From Gemmatimonadota bacterium (GTDB lineage: Bacteria > Gemmatimonadota > Gemmatimonadetes > Longimicrobiales > Gaopeijiaceae): a stretch of 64,000 nt of DNA. A model generated the notes under the pieces. That model had not been told where the DNA came from and searched no databases. It saw nothing but the letters and a program-made list of their open reading frames with translations. This document shows positions 35,134 through 45,432 of the stretch, piece by piece; the first letter of the stretch is position 1; every line of letters begins with the position of its first letter. Location of the stretch: positions 5,624 to 69,623 of the forward strand of contig JAURER010000015.1 in NCBI GenBank assembly GCA_030827315.1, in the 5' to 3' direction. Both the position numbers and the translations under genes were made by a program.

Positions 35134-35478
35134 GTGGACAGCGATTCGGTCACGATCGTGGACGCGGCGACTTTGGAGATGATCGTCGCCACCGTCGTGC
35201 CGGCCACCCGCGTCGACGACGCGCACCCCATAACCACCGGGGTCGTGTCCCCGTCTTCGCAGCTCTACTCGAGCGGAGTGGAAGCCAAGGGCGGCCCCGT
35301 CGTGCTTGCGAGGTGGGTGGGTGGCGTGCCTCTCGTGGGATTCCGGAGGCTTTCCGCGGGTCAGCGGGTCGTCGGGGTCAGCCTCTTCCCGGGTGCCGGT
35401 AACACGGCCACGGGAGACGTGACGACGCTCTGGAACAACGTTGTGGGCTGGGCCGGGGAAGCGGGCGGTTCAGGCTGA
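35134..35478 (+). CDS. hypothetical protein, same frame as 34960-35121 (possible C-terminal part)
   Basis: GTG at 35134 with GGAG 3 nt upstream. High GC3. Separated from the preceding ORF only by TAA plus 4 sense codons in the same frame. Confidence 0.4.
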   Translation: MDSDSVTIVDAATLEMIVATVVPATRVDDAHPITTGVVSPSSQLYSSGVEAKGGPVVLARWVGGVPLVGFRRLSAGQRVVGVSLFPGAGNTATGDVTTLWNNVVGWAGEAGGSG

Positions 35479-35500
35479 GCGGAGAGGTCGGGCGGCGGGC

Positions 35501-36775
35501 TCAGCGCCGCTCGACCACCATCGCGAACCCCATCCCTCCGGCCGCGCACACCGTGACGAGGCCGAACTGGACGTCCCGGCGCGCCATCTCGTTGAGCAGC
35601 GTGACGGTCAGCCGTCCCCCGGTCGCACCGAACGGATGGCCGATGGCAAGCGACCCTCCCATCACGTTGATCCGGTCCACGTCGGGGTGGCCCACGGCCT
35701 GAGCGCGCCCGAGCTTCGCCTCGGCGAACGAGCGCGACGACAGAGCCTGCAGGTTGGAGAGGAGCTGTGCCGCGAACGCCTCGTGCATCTCCATGAGCCC
35801 GATGTCGTGCATGCTCAGTCCGGCGCGGTCGAGGGCGAGCGGCGCTGCGTAGGCGGGGCCCTGCAGGAGCTGACCCGTGGGATCGAGGGCGGTCCACGCC
35901 CAGCTTCGGACGAAGCCGAGAGGCCGGATTCCTTCTGCCGCGGCCCTCGCGGCGTTCATGAGCACCACCGCGGACGCGCCATCGGTAAGCGGCGAGGCGT
36001 TTCCGGCGGTGACCGAGCCGTACCGACGGTCGAACACCGGACGCAGCTTGGCGAGAAGCTCCAGAGAAGTATCGGTCCGGATGCCGTTGTCGTTCGAGAC
36101 GACGGTCTCGTAGTCGGGTGGCACGTATACGGGCGTGATCTCGGCCGTGAGGCGTCCGTCGGCGGTGCCGGCCGCTGCGAGGTCGTGTGAACGCAGGGCC
36201 CACGCGTCCTGGTCGTCGCGGGAGATTCCGTTTTCCTTGGCCATCCGCTCGGCCGACTCGCCCATCGACTCCCCGGTCGTGGGCTCGGCGATGGCGGGCG
36301 TCACGGGAACGAGATCGCGGGGGCGCAGCTGGCGGAAGGGGGCGAGCCGTTGCCCCAGAGTCCGCCCCTTCGATGCCGTGACGAGGGCCCGCGAGAGCCG
36401 CTCGGACACCGTGATCGGAATCCGGGAAAGCGACTCTGCACCCCCGGCGATGACGACGTCGGCCAGCCCTGTCTCGATCATCTGCGCGGCGTCGGTGATC
36501 GCCTGGTTCGAGGACGCACACGCGCGGGAAACGGAACTGGCAGGCACGGTCTTCGGAAGCACGCCCAGACCGACCTCGCGGGCGATGTTGGGTGCCTGGG
36601 TGTCGTGCACGACGGTCCCGTAGACGAGGTGGTCCACCGCGTCTTCGCGCAGGCCGCTGCGCGCCAGGGCGTCGCGGACGGCGACCTTCCCGAGTTCGAT
36701 TGCGGTCAGGTCGGCGAAGACCGTTCCGGAACGCGCGAACGGCGTTCGGCTACCCGCCACGATCGCCGTCTTCAC
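35501..36775 (-). CDS. acetyl-CoA C-acyltransferase (thiolase)
   Basis: SVSRACASS (active-site Cys), NASPLTDGA, NVMGGSLAIGHPFGATG and CAAGGMG are thiolase signatures. Confidence 0.92.
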   Translation of the reverse strand: MKTAIVAGSRTPFARSGTVFADLTAIELGKVAVRDALARSGLREDAVDHLVYGTVVHDTQAPNIAREVGLGVLPKTVPASSVSRACASSNQAITDAAQMIETGLADVVIAGGAESLSRIPITVSERLSRALVTASKGRTLGQRLAPFRQLRPRDLVPVTPAIAEPTTGESMGESAERMAKENGISRDDQDAWALRSHDLAAAGTADGRLTAEITPVYVPPDYETVVSNDNGIRTDTSLELLAKLRPVFDRRYGSVTAGNASPLTDGASAVVLMNAARAAAEGIRPLGFVRSWAWTALDPTGQLLQGPAYAAPLALDRAGLSMHDIGLMEMHEAFAAQLLSNLQALSSRSFAEAKLGRAQAVGHPDVDRINVMGGSLAIGHPFGATGGRLTVTLLNEMARRDVQFGLVTVCAAGGMGFAMVVERR

Positions 36776-36778
36776 CGA

Positions 36779-38332
<1,554 letters not shown>

Positions 38333-38509
38333 CGTCGTCCTTTCGATTCGGGCCTGCGGCCGCGTGGGCCGTGTGAGCGCATGAGAAGGATCCAAACGTC
38401 GGTCCGGCCACGCGCGTGAGCAAGCGCAGCGCCAGCCGCAGGTGGTGGCCTGTCGACGACGTGCCACCCTACGTTGTCTTTTGGACCTGCAACCGGGCGG
38501 AGCGAGCGC

Positions 38510-39637
38510 ATGAACGAGAGACGTGGGATCGATCGGAGAACCTTCCTCGCGGGGTCGGCCGCCCTCGCGGCGTTCGGCGTGCCCACCGCACGGCGGGCAC
38601 CGGGGCCGGCGAGGAGATGGCCCGGATATGAAGACGCGCTGGTCGTGGATTTCCTCGCGAGTCCGGGATACTTCAACTATCCGCTCAATCCGCCGCTCGA
38701 CGACGAGATGATTCGCAACGCGGTCGAGTCCGGCATCACGGCGGTGAATCTCACCGTGAGCCAGAGTGGCTTCGCCGACACGGTCGAGCGTATCGCGGTC
38801 TGGCTGGACCGGATCGAAAGAAACCCCGCCGCGTTCGTGCAGGTGCGCACCGTCGACCAGCTGCGCGACGCTAAGGCGACAGGACGGCTCGGGATCGTTC
38901 TGGGCTTCCAGGACACAACGCCCTTCGAGGGGCGGCTCGACCCCGTCGAGACGTTCCGGAATCTGGGCGTCAGGGTGACGCAGCTCACCTACAACGTTCG
39001 CAACCTGGTGGGAGACGGTTGCCTCGAGGTCGCGAACGGAGGACTCACGCGTTACGGGTACTCCGTAGTGGAGCGCATGAACGAGCTCGGCATGCTGGTC
39101 GATCTGAGTCACTGCGGTCAGCGGACGACTGCAGACGGTATCGCGGCCTCGAGGGTGCCGGTGGCGATCACCCACACCGGATGCAACGCCGTGGCCCGGC
39201 ACCCACGGTCCAAGGATGACACCGAACTTCGCGCGCTGGCCGAGAAGGGCGGCGTGGTCGGTATCTATCTCATGCCATTCCTCACGCCGGGCCGGGTGCC
39301 CCTGCGCGCGGACGTGCTCGACCACATCGAGCATGCGATCGACGTCTGCGGTGAGGACCACGTGGGGATCGGGAGCGACCTCTCGACCACGCCGATCGAC
39401 GGATCCGACGAGTACTGGATGCGGCATCGCGAATTCGTTTCCGCTCGCATCGCGAGGGGGGTGGCGGCGCCGGCCGAAGACCCCGACATCCTCTTCACGG
39501 TCCAGGACCTGAACACCCATCGCCGGATGGAGCTGATCGCCGACGGGCTGGCGGAACGGGGCCACCCCGACGCACGCATCGAGAAGGTGATCGGAGGAAA
39601 CTGGGTCAGACTCTTCGGCGAGATCTGGGCTTCATAG
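38510..39637 (+). CDS. M19 membrane dipeptidase family, Tat-exported
   Basis: RRTFLAGSAALAAFG Tat signal. VDLSHCG, AITHTGCNAV..HPRSK, GIGSDL and NWVRLF motifs. Confidence 0.88.
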   Translation: MNERRGIDRRTFLAGSAALAAFGVPTARRAPGPARRWPGYEDALVVDFLASPGYFNYPLNPPLDDEMIRNAVESGITAVNLTVSQSGFADTVERIAVWLDRIERNPAAFVQVRTVDQLRDAKATGRLGIVLGFQDTTPFEGRLDPVETFRNLGVRVTQLTYNVRNLVGDGCLEVANGGLTRYGYSVVERMNELGMLVDLSHCGQRTTADGIAASRVPVAITHTGCNAVARHPRSKDDTELRALAEKGGVVGIYLMPFLTPGRVPLRADVLDHIEHAIDVCGEDHVGIGSDLSTTPIDGSDEYWMRHREFVSARIARGVAAPAEDPDILFTVQDLNTHRRMELIADGLAERGHPDARIEKVIGGNWVRLFGEIWAS

Positions 39638-39674
39638 GAGCCGGGATGCTTGATTCGGCGCGCGCGCGCCGCCC

Positions 39675-40253
39675 ATGTTGCCGCCCATGAGTTCCGAGCT
39701 CACGGGCCCCGGGGGTGCTGCGTCTCCGCTCGACAGCATCGAGTTGCGTGACGGGAGGGAGACGGACGCCGCAGCCATCGAGGCCGTCCATTTCGCGTCC
39801 CGGGAAGCGGTGTATCGGGGCCGGGTCTTTGACTGGCCTCCCCTCGGGCCGGACCGGGAGGGGAGGATCGCCCTCTGGCGTGCGTGGCTTTCTTCCCCGG
39901 AGATCGAGGCCGTCGTCGCCGTCGATGCAGGGATGATCGTCGGCTTCTGCACGGTGCGACGATCGATGGACGACGACGCCCGCAAGGAGACCGCGGAGAT
40001 GCCCACGCTCTACGTTCATCCCGATCACTGGCGTCGAGGGGTCGGTCAGGCACTCTGCTCGGCCGGCCTCGACCGGGCCCTGGCGATGGGTTGTGACGAG
40101 CTGACGCTCTGGGTGCTGGAGATGAACGAGGAGGCTCGGCGCTTCTACTCGGCGTTCGGCTTCACCGAGGAGCCGGCCACCAAGGTGGACGAGGGAACCC
40201 GGGAGAGACTGGTCGCCCGACGCTATCACATCGCGCTTCCGGTCGCGCCATGA
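39675..40253 (+). CDS. GNAT family N-acetyltransferase
   Basis: LYVHPDHWRRGVGQALC...EARRFYSAFGF is the acetyl-CoA binding motif A/B. Confidence 0.8.
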   Translation: MLPPMSSELTGPGGAASPLDSIELRDGRETDAAAIEAVHFASREAVYRGRVFDWPPLGPDREGRIALWRAWLSSPEIEAVVAVDAGMIVGFCTVRRSMDDDARKETAEMPTLYVHPDHWRRGVGQALCSAGLDRALAMGCDELTLWVLEMNEEARRFYSAFGFTEEPATKVDEGTRERLVARRYHIALPVAP

Positions 40254-40783
40254 CCCGGACCATCGAGTCGTTCATCCGCACGGTGCCCGACTGGCCGAAG
40301 CCGGGCGTCATGTTCCGTGACGTTACCGGGCTGCTTGAAGACGCCCGCGGGCTCCGGATGGCGGTGGACCTGATCGTCCATCGCTATATCGACCATCACA
40401 TCGACGTGGTGGCCGGCATCGAGGCGCGGGGATTCATCTTCGGCACCGCCGTCGCCTACGAGCTCGGCGTCGGCTTCGTACCTGTGCGCAAGGCGGGTAA
40501 GCTGCCGGGAAGAGTGGTCGGGATCGACTACGAACTCGAGTACGGTGCCGACCGAATGGAGATGCACGCCGACGCGATTCCGCGCGGGGCCAACGTCCTT
40601 CTTGTCGACGATCTCGTGGCCACGGGCGGTACGGCCCTGGCCGCGATGGAGCTCGTTCGAGGCGTCGGCGGGCGTGTCGGTGAAGCGTGCTTCGTGATCA
40701 ACCTTCCTGACCTCGGCGGTGCGGATCGCCTCCGCGCGCACGGGTGTGACGTGTTCGCCCTGTGCACGTTCGAGGGCGACTAG
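40250..40783 (+). CDS. apt: adenine phosphoribosyltransferase
   Basis: IRTVPDWPKPGVMFRDVT, GIEARGFIFG and the PRPP loop VLLVDDLVATGGTA. Confidence 0.92.
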   Translation: MTRTIESFIRTVPDWPKPGVMFRDVTGLLEDARGLRMAVDLIVHRYIDHHIDVVAGIEARGFIFGTAVAYELGVGFVPVRKAGKLPGRVVGIDYELEYGADRMEMHADAIPRGANVLLVDDLVATGGTALAAMELVRGVGGRVGEACFVINLPDLGGADRLRAHGCDVFALCTFEGD

Positions 40784-41079
40784 GAACGCCTGGCCACCGC
40801 GTCGAAGTCCTTCGCCAGCTCCACGTCCCACAGGGTGATCCCGCCGGCATCGTGCGTGGAGAGATCGACGCGCACGGTACGGTAGACGTTGAACCACTCG
40901 GGATGATGGTTTCTCCGCTCGGCGCACAGCGCGGCGCCGGCCATGAAGCCGAATGCTTCGACGAAATCGGTGAAGACGTACTCCTTGTGGAGCTTTCCGC
41001 CCTTCACCGCCCAGCCGTCGAGGCCCGCGACGGCCGCGGCGAGTGTCTCGCCTTCGAGTAGCGCCCTGCTGGTCGTCAC
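40780..41079 (-). CDS. phhB: pterin-4a-carbinolamine dehydratase
   Basis: GTG at 41079 overlaps the M28 stop (GTGA). LHKEYVFTDFVEAFGFM...AERRNHHPEW.NVY..V.V.L.THD is the hallmark PCD motif. Confidence 0.85.
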   Translation of the reverse strand: MTTSRALLEGETLAAAVAGLDGWAVKGGKLHKEYVFTDFVEAFGFMAGAALCAERRNHHPEWFNVYRTVRVDLSTHDAGGITLWDVELAKDFDAVARRS

Positions 41080-43241
41080 ATTCCCTCCCGGATCAGAGCC
41101 GTGGTTCGGTCCATGTTTTCTGCCAGGCGCCGTATGGCCTCGATGTAGCGCTGCTCCCAGTCGGGAACGTCGTCGGGGTCGTCGGTCTCGATTTCGTAGC
41201 GCAGGCCGGGCAGCATCCAAGAAGCGTACCCGCTGAACGGATCGGGCGACACGTAGAGCGACCGACTCCACGGACGGTCCTGGAGTCCCCGGTCGTCGAG
41301 CCAGGCCTTCTCGAGTGCGATGAAGGCAGCGTTGATGCGGGTGGCCTGGGGCAGCGAGACGGGGCCTGCTGCCGCGCGAAGGCTGCGAGCCTCATCGAGT
41401 GCGGCCGCGGCCCGATCCAGCTCCGAGGTGGCCTCCACAAGCCGCCCGAGATCGACATCGATGCGGCGCATCTCGGCCACCTCGAAGAGCGTGTTCACGT
41501 GCGTGCGGGTATCGACGGCGTACCGCGACACGTCATAGGGCAGCAGATCCGCGTTGGCGAGCCGCAGGGCCAGCAGCCCGTCGGCGGTAGCGAGCATGGG
41601 GCCGTAGATCCACTCCGGGTCCCCGAAGCGCTCGAACCAGGCGAAGTTGTCGTAGTTGGAGTGGTAGATACCGCTGCGGCCACCCGTGCTCAGGCCGGCC
41701 GACGGGATGCCCGCATGCGTGTAGAATGCGATGTGATCCGAGCCACCGCCGAGATTCCCCATTTCGGGTGTGCCGTTCTCCGACTGCTCCGCCCACCACT
41801 CGTAGATGCTGCGACCTTCCTTCGGGTAGGGGGTGTCCCGGATCGCGTCGAGGATGGGCTGCTTCAGGGAGGGGGAGGAGGAGGAGCCGAAGTTGGGGCC
41901 CGAAACCGCTCCGTCGGCGTTGATGTACGCGACTGCGCCCGCCGTGAGCGGTTCGAGAAGCTCCTCGACCCATTCCGACGAGCCGATCACGCCGTACTCC
42001 TCGGCGTCCCAGTGAGCGATGAGGATGGAGCGGCGGGGCCGGCAGCCCTCCTCTGCCAGCGCGCCGAGGGCGTCCGCCAGCGTGAGCAGCATCGCGGTGC
42101 CGCCGTTCGGATCCGTGGCTCCGAATCCCCAGGGGTCGTAATGCGCCCCAAGGATGACCCATTCGTCCGGGAACTCCGAACCCTCGAGGGTGCCCACGAC
42201 GTTCGTGGCACGCGTGAGCGCCTTGGGCTGATTGACGCGTACGCGTACGGTCAGAGCGTCACCGCCCGTGAGCCGATACGGCATGTCGAGTCCGCCCTGC
42301 CAGTCCTCCGGCGCGACGTCCCCGGTCATCAGGGAAAGAATCTCCGACGCGGCATCGTATCCGAGGGGGAGTACGGGAATCCGGTGAAGCCCGACCTCGT
42401 CGGGATCCAGCCGGGCGACCTGGCGCGGACCGTCGAGTGGAAGCGCGGGCTCGAAGGGCGTCAGCGGATCACCGGTCCAGGGCAGCGTGAGGACGGAGCC
42501 ACGCTGGATGATCTCTCCGTTCAACATGGGGCCATCCGGGTAGGGGTCTTCCTCCACCTCGGGTGCGTCGTTGAACATGATGACGCCGGCGGCGCCCCGC
42601 TCCTCGGCGAACAGGACCTTGTAGCCGCGGAAATTTCCGCCGTAGCGGGCAACGACGATCTTTCCCTGGAGCGACACGCCCATGGAATCGAGGGCTCGGT
42701 AGTCTTCGCGGCGCCCATAGTTGGCGTAGACCACCTGGCCTGTCACGTCACCGCTCCCGGAGAACGCGTTCCATCCGTTGAGGAGATCCGGGTGCCCGGA
42801 GAAGCGGTCTTCCGGGAGTGCCTTCTCCCGGTTGTTCAGCCGCCTGGCGACAGGTGTCACGATGTGCGCTTCCACGTCATCGGTGAGCTGCGGCAGATAC
42901 ACGTCGTACGGGTAGTCACGTACCGAGAAGCCGGCGGCCTTCATGGCGCGGGACAGGTAGTGTCCGACTTCGACCTGTGCCGCAGAACCCGTCGGGTGCG
43001 GATTGGCCGTGATGATCCGGAGGTGCTCTCGGAAGGCGTCTCCGGAGGGAAGTTCGACGAAGCGTGCCTCGCAGAACGCCTGCCGTGCGGCGGACGTGGC
43101 CGTGAAACCGACCGGCGCGGAGATCTCGACGGTGCTCTGGGCCAAGGCGGGGGTCGTTCCCGGTACCGTGGACAGAACGCCCGCGAGCAGAGCGAAGGTG
43201 ACGATGCTGCCGCGAAGGAGCGGATTCATGGCGTCTCTCAT
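41076..43241 (-). CDS. M28 family peptidase with PA and transferrin-receptor-like dimerisation domains (glutamate carboxypeptidase II-like)
   Basis: Signal peptide. PA-domain region GKIVVARYGGNFRGYKV. M28 core ILGAHYDPWGFGATDPNGGTA...AHWDAEEYG.IGS.EW...GGGSDH.AF. C-terminal helical domain. Confidence 0.88.
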   Translation of the reverse strand: MRDAMNPLLRGSIVTFALLAGVLSTVPGTTPALAQSTVEISAPVGFTATSAARQAFCEARFVELPSGDAFREHLRIITANPHPTGSAAQVEVGHYLSRAMKAAGFSVRDYPYDVYLPQLTDDVEAHIVTPVARRLNNREKALPEDRFSGHPDLLNGWNAFSGSGDVTGQVVYANYGRREDYRALDSMGVSLQGKIVVARYGGNFRGYKVLFAEERGAAGVIMFNDAPEVEEDPYPDGPMLNGEIIQRGSVLTLPWTGDPLTPFEPALPLDGPRQVARLDPDEVGLHRIPVLPLGYDAASEILSLMTGDVAPEDWQGGLDMPYRLTGGDALTVRVRVNQPKALTRATNVVGTLEGSEFPDEWVILGAHYDPWGFGATDPNGGTAMLLTLADALGALAEEGCRPRRSILIAHWDAEEYGVIGSSEWVEELLEPLTAGAVAYINADGAVSGPNFGSSSSPSLKQPILDAIRDTPYPKEGRSIYEWWAEQSENGTPEMGNLGGGSDHIAFYTHAGIPSAGLSTGGRSGIYHSNYDNFAWFERFGDPEWIYGPMLATADGLLALRLANADLLPYDVSRYAVDTRTHVNTLFEVAEMRRIDVDLGRLVEATSELDRAAAALDEARSLRAAAGPVSLPQATRINAAFIALEKAWLDDRGLQDRPWSRSLYVSPDPFSGYASWMLPGLRYEIETDDPDDVPDWEQRYIEAIRRLAENMDRTTALIREGM

Positions 43242-43243
43242 GG

Positions 43244-44524
43244 TTATCGGGTCAGAGCCTCGGTGATCGCGCGCTGGAGTGGACCAACGTCGGTGTACTG
43301 CGTGAATTCGTCCACGCCGACATTCTGCCGGTTTGTGAGAAGCACGAGGGCCAGGCCTTCGCCGGGCACACCGAGGACGAAGGTTCCCGTGAAGCCCGTG
43401 TGCCCGAAGCTGCCCTCCGGCGCGTACGCGGGAAGCTGCCAGCCGAGTGCCTGGCCGTCGCCCGTCGAGGTGAGGAAGGTGCGGACGATCTCCGCGGAGA
43501 GAAATCGTCGGCCGTTCATTTCGCCCTGGCCGAGCAGCAGCCGCAGGAGGACGTCGAGATCAGCGGCCGTGGAGAAGAGGCCTGCGTGGCCCGCCACGCC
43601 GTCGAACGCGTGATGGGCGTTTCCGTCGTTCACTTCGCCGACGAGTGTATATCGCCGCCAGTCGTTCCAGCGCTCCGGGTCGCCCTCGATCCGGTAGCCG
43701 AAATCGGGGTCGTGGACCATGCGCCGCTCGAACGGATTACCGTGCGAGGTGGCGGCGAGAGCAGAGGGCGCAGCCGCCGTGGGCGGCGCCGGGCGAAACG
43801 TCGTTTCGGCCAGGCCGAGCGGCGCGTAGAGCTCCTCTGTCAGGAAGATGTCGAGGGGTCGGCCCGACACCTCTTCCACCAGGCGACCCAGGAGCATGAA
43901 GCCCAGATCGGAGTAGTGCCGCTCCTCCCCGACCGGCCATGTGAGTGGCACGGTGCGGATACGGGCGTACGCGGCGTCCGGGTCACGTGCGTCGTAGTAC
44001 AGGGGCAGCCACTGCGGCAAGCCGGAGCGGTGGGTCAGGAGGTGGCGGACCGTGATCTGGTCGCGCCCGTCGCCCGTGAAGTCATGGAGCCAACGCGACA
44101 CCGGGGCCTCGACGTCGATATCGCCGCGGTCGGCGAGCATCATCACGGCCATCGTCGTGGCCATGACCTTGGTCACGGACGCGAGGTCGAAGATCGTGCT
44201 CACGGCCATCGGAGCCGGCGAGCGGATGCGGGAGATGCCGCCGTCGCCCGGGTACTGACCACTCCCGAAGTCGTGGAGTCGAGCGAAGCCCCAGGACCGT
44301 TCGTGCGCCACCGCGCCGTCGCGCGACACGAGGAGGACGGCCCCGGGGATCCTCTCGTCGCCGACCCAGGTGGCGACGATCGAGTCGGCCCGCGCGAAGG
44401 CCGGCTCGACGTCGTCTCCGGGCCCCGCTTCGCACCCTGCGGACGCTGCGGCCAGGAGGACGAGCAGGGACCTCAGATCGCGGCTAACGCGTCCGGCTCC
44501 AGATGACGACCACGCCGCACACAC
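43244..44524 (-). CDS. serine hydrolase, beta-lactamase/S12 family lipoprotein
   Basis: Lipobox LAAASAGC. SxxK motif FDLASVTKV, then YSD/YSN-like HYSDLGF and GHTGFTG. Confidence 0.85.
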   Translation of the reverse strand: MCAAWSSSGAGRVSRDLRSLLVLLAAASAGCEAGPGDDVEPAFARADSIVATWVGDERIPGAVLLVSRDGAVAHERSWGFARLHDFGSGQYPGDGGISRIRSPAPMAVSTIFDLASVTKVMATTMAVMMLADRGDIDVEAPVSRWLHDFTGDGRDQITVRHLLTHRSGLPQWLPLYYDARDPDAAYARIRTVPLTWPVGEERHYSDLGFMLLGRLVEEVSGRPLDIFLTEELYAPLGLAETTFRPAPPTAAAPSALAATSHGNPFERRMVHDPDFGYRIEGDPERWNDWRRYTLVGEVNDGNAHHAFDGVAGHAGLFSTAADLDVLLRLLLGQGEMNGRRFLSAEIVRTFLTSTGDGQALGWQLPAYAPEGSFGHTGFTGTFVLGVPGEGLALVLLTNRQNVGVDEFTQYTDVGPLQRAITEALTR

Positions 44525-45314
44525 CTTCGGACATCTGGCCCATGCCCACGGACATGCCGGCGCCGGTCATGCCGTATTCGATGGGAACCTCGGAGGGCCG
44601 ACGGTAGATCTCGATCGCGTCGATCATGGCCAGGGGCGCCAGCACCTCGATGGGCAGGTCACGTGTCTGGTCGATCGACATGCGCGCGCCGTCGAGGTAG
44701 ATGGTCGGGGTGCAGAAGCCGCCGGCGCCCTGGAGGCGCAGAGCCTCGCCGGCGAAGGCGTTCAGGTTTCCTCCGGGCATCTGGAGGAGCACGCCCGAAA
44801 TGCCGCGGAAAAGATCGGCGGTGCTCCGGGCCGAGGACCGCTCGATGTCCACGGGAGTGATGAAGTGCCCCAGCCCGCGCGTGACGCGCCGGACGAAGCC
44901 GTTCTTCACCAGCTGGTGCTGGAGCACCGGCCGCTGGAGGGAGATGATGAGCCCGTCGATCGCCATGGGGGCTGCGGCGATGCGGAATTCGACGTCCATC
45001 TCGCCGTCGGATCCCAGCTCAAAGACTCCGGCAGCGGTCTCCTTGAAGCCGAACGCGGATGCGATCAGCACGAACGAACCACCCTCCCGGGCGGTCACGG
45101 AGAAACGGCCCTGACCATTGGTCACGGTCGAGGTGATCGAATCGCCGGACTCGGACATCATGATGACGAGCCCGAGCGAGATCGGCTGGTCCGTCTCGAC
45201 CTCCATCAGCGTTCCATTGATGGTCTGGGCCTGCGCGCGGGCCGCGGGGAACCCGCACAGCGCTGCCGCTACGGCCACGGCCACCCACATCCGTCGGGTG
45301 CGCGCTTCCAACAT
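44484..45314 (-). CDS. CarboxypepD_reg-like + TonB-receptor plug-like domain protein (no barrel)
   Basis: ATG at 45314 with SD AGGGAGG upstream. Signal peptide WVAVAVAAALCGFPAARAQA. GTLMEVETDQPIS...NGQGRFSVTA. C-terminal ITPVDIERSSARSTADLFRGISGV...IYLDGARM...IDAIEIYRRPSEVPIEYG...GVVVIWSR follows the plug pattern. Confidence 0.7.
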   Translation of the reverse strand: MLEARTRRMWVAVAVAAALCGFPAARAQAQTINGTLMEVETDQPISLGLVIMMSESGDSITSTVTNGQGRFSVTAREGGSFVLIASAFGFKETAAGVFELGSDGEMDVEFRIAAAPMAIDGLIISLQRPVLQHQLVKNGFVRRVTRGLGHFITPVDIERSSARSTADLFRGISGVLLQMPGGNLNAFAGEALRLQGAGGFCTPTIYLDGARMSIDQTRDLPIEVLAPLAMIDAIEIYRRPSEVPIEYGMTGAGMSVGMGQMSEGVCGVVVIWSRTR

Positions 45315-45369
45315 CCTGCCAGCCTCCCTGAGGAAGTTCTTCTTCAGTATCGACATCTGCGCGAGCGGG

Positions 45370-45378
45370 ATCATATAC
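45370..45378 (-). promoter_or_regulatory. AT-rich 9-mer GTATATGAT (-10-like) upstream of the plug-S12-M28-PCD operon
   Basis: Identical 9-mer to 14693-14701, in the same orientation relative to the downstream gene, about 55 nt upstream of the ATG at 45314. Its internal ATG explains the longer track ORF start at 45374. Confidence 0.25.
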
Positions 45379-45432
45379 GTATCTGCCGCCCGGTACGATT
45401 ACAGCTTAGCGGGCCGGAAGTTGCGTCCGGCT

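Noticed and set aside
41043-43613. 856-aa plus-strand ORF
   Set aside because: Antisense to the M28 peptidase and S12 hydrolase genes, which have clear family motifs. No motifs of its own.
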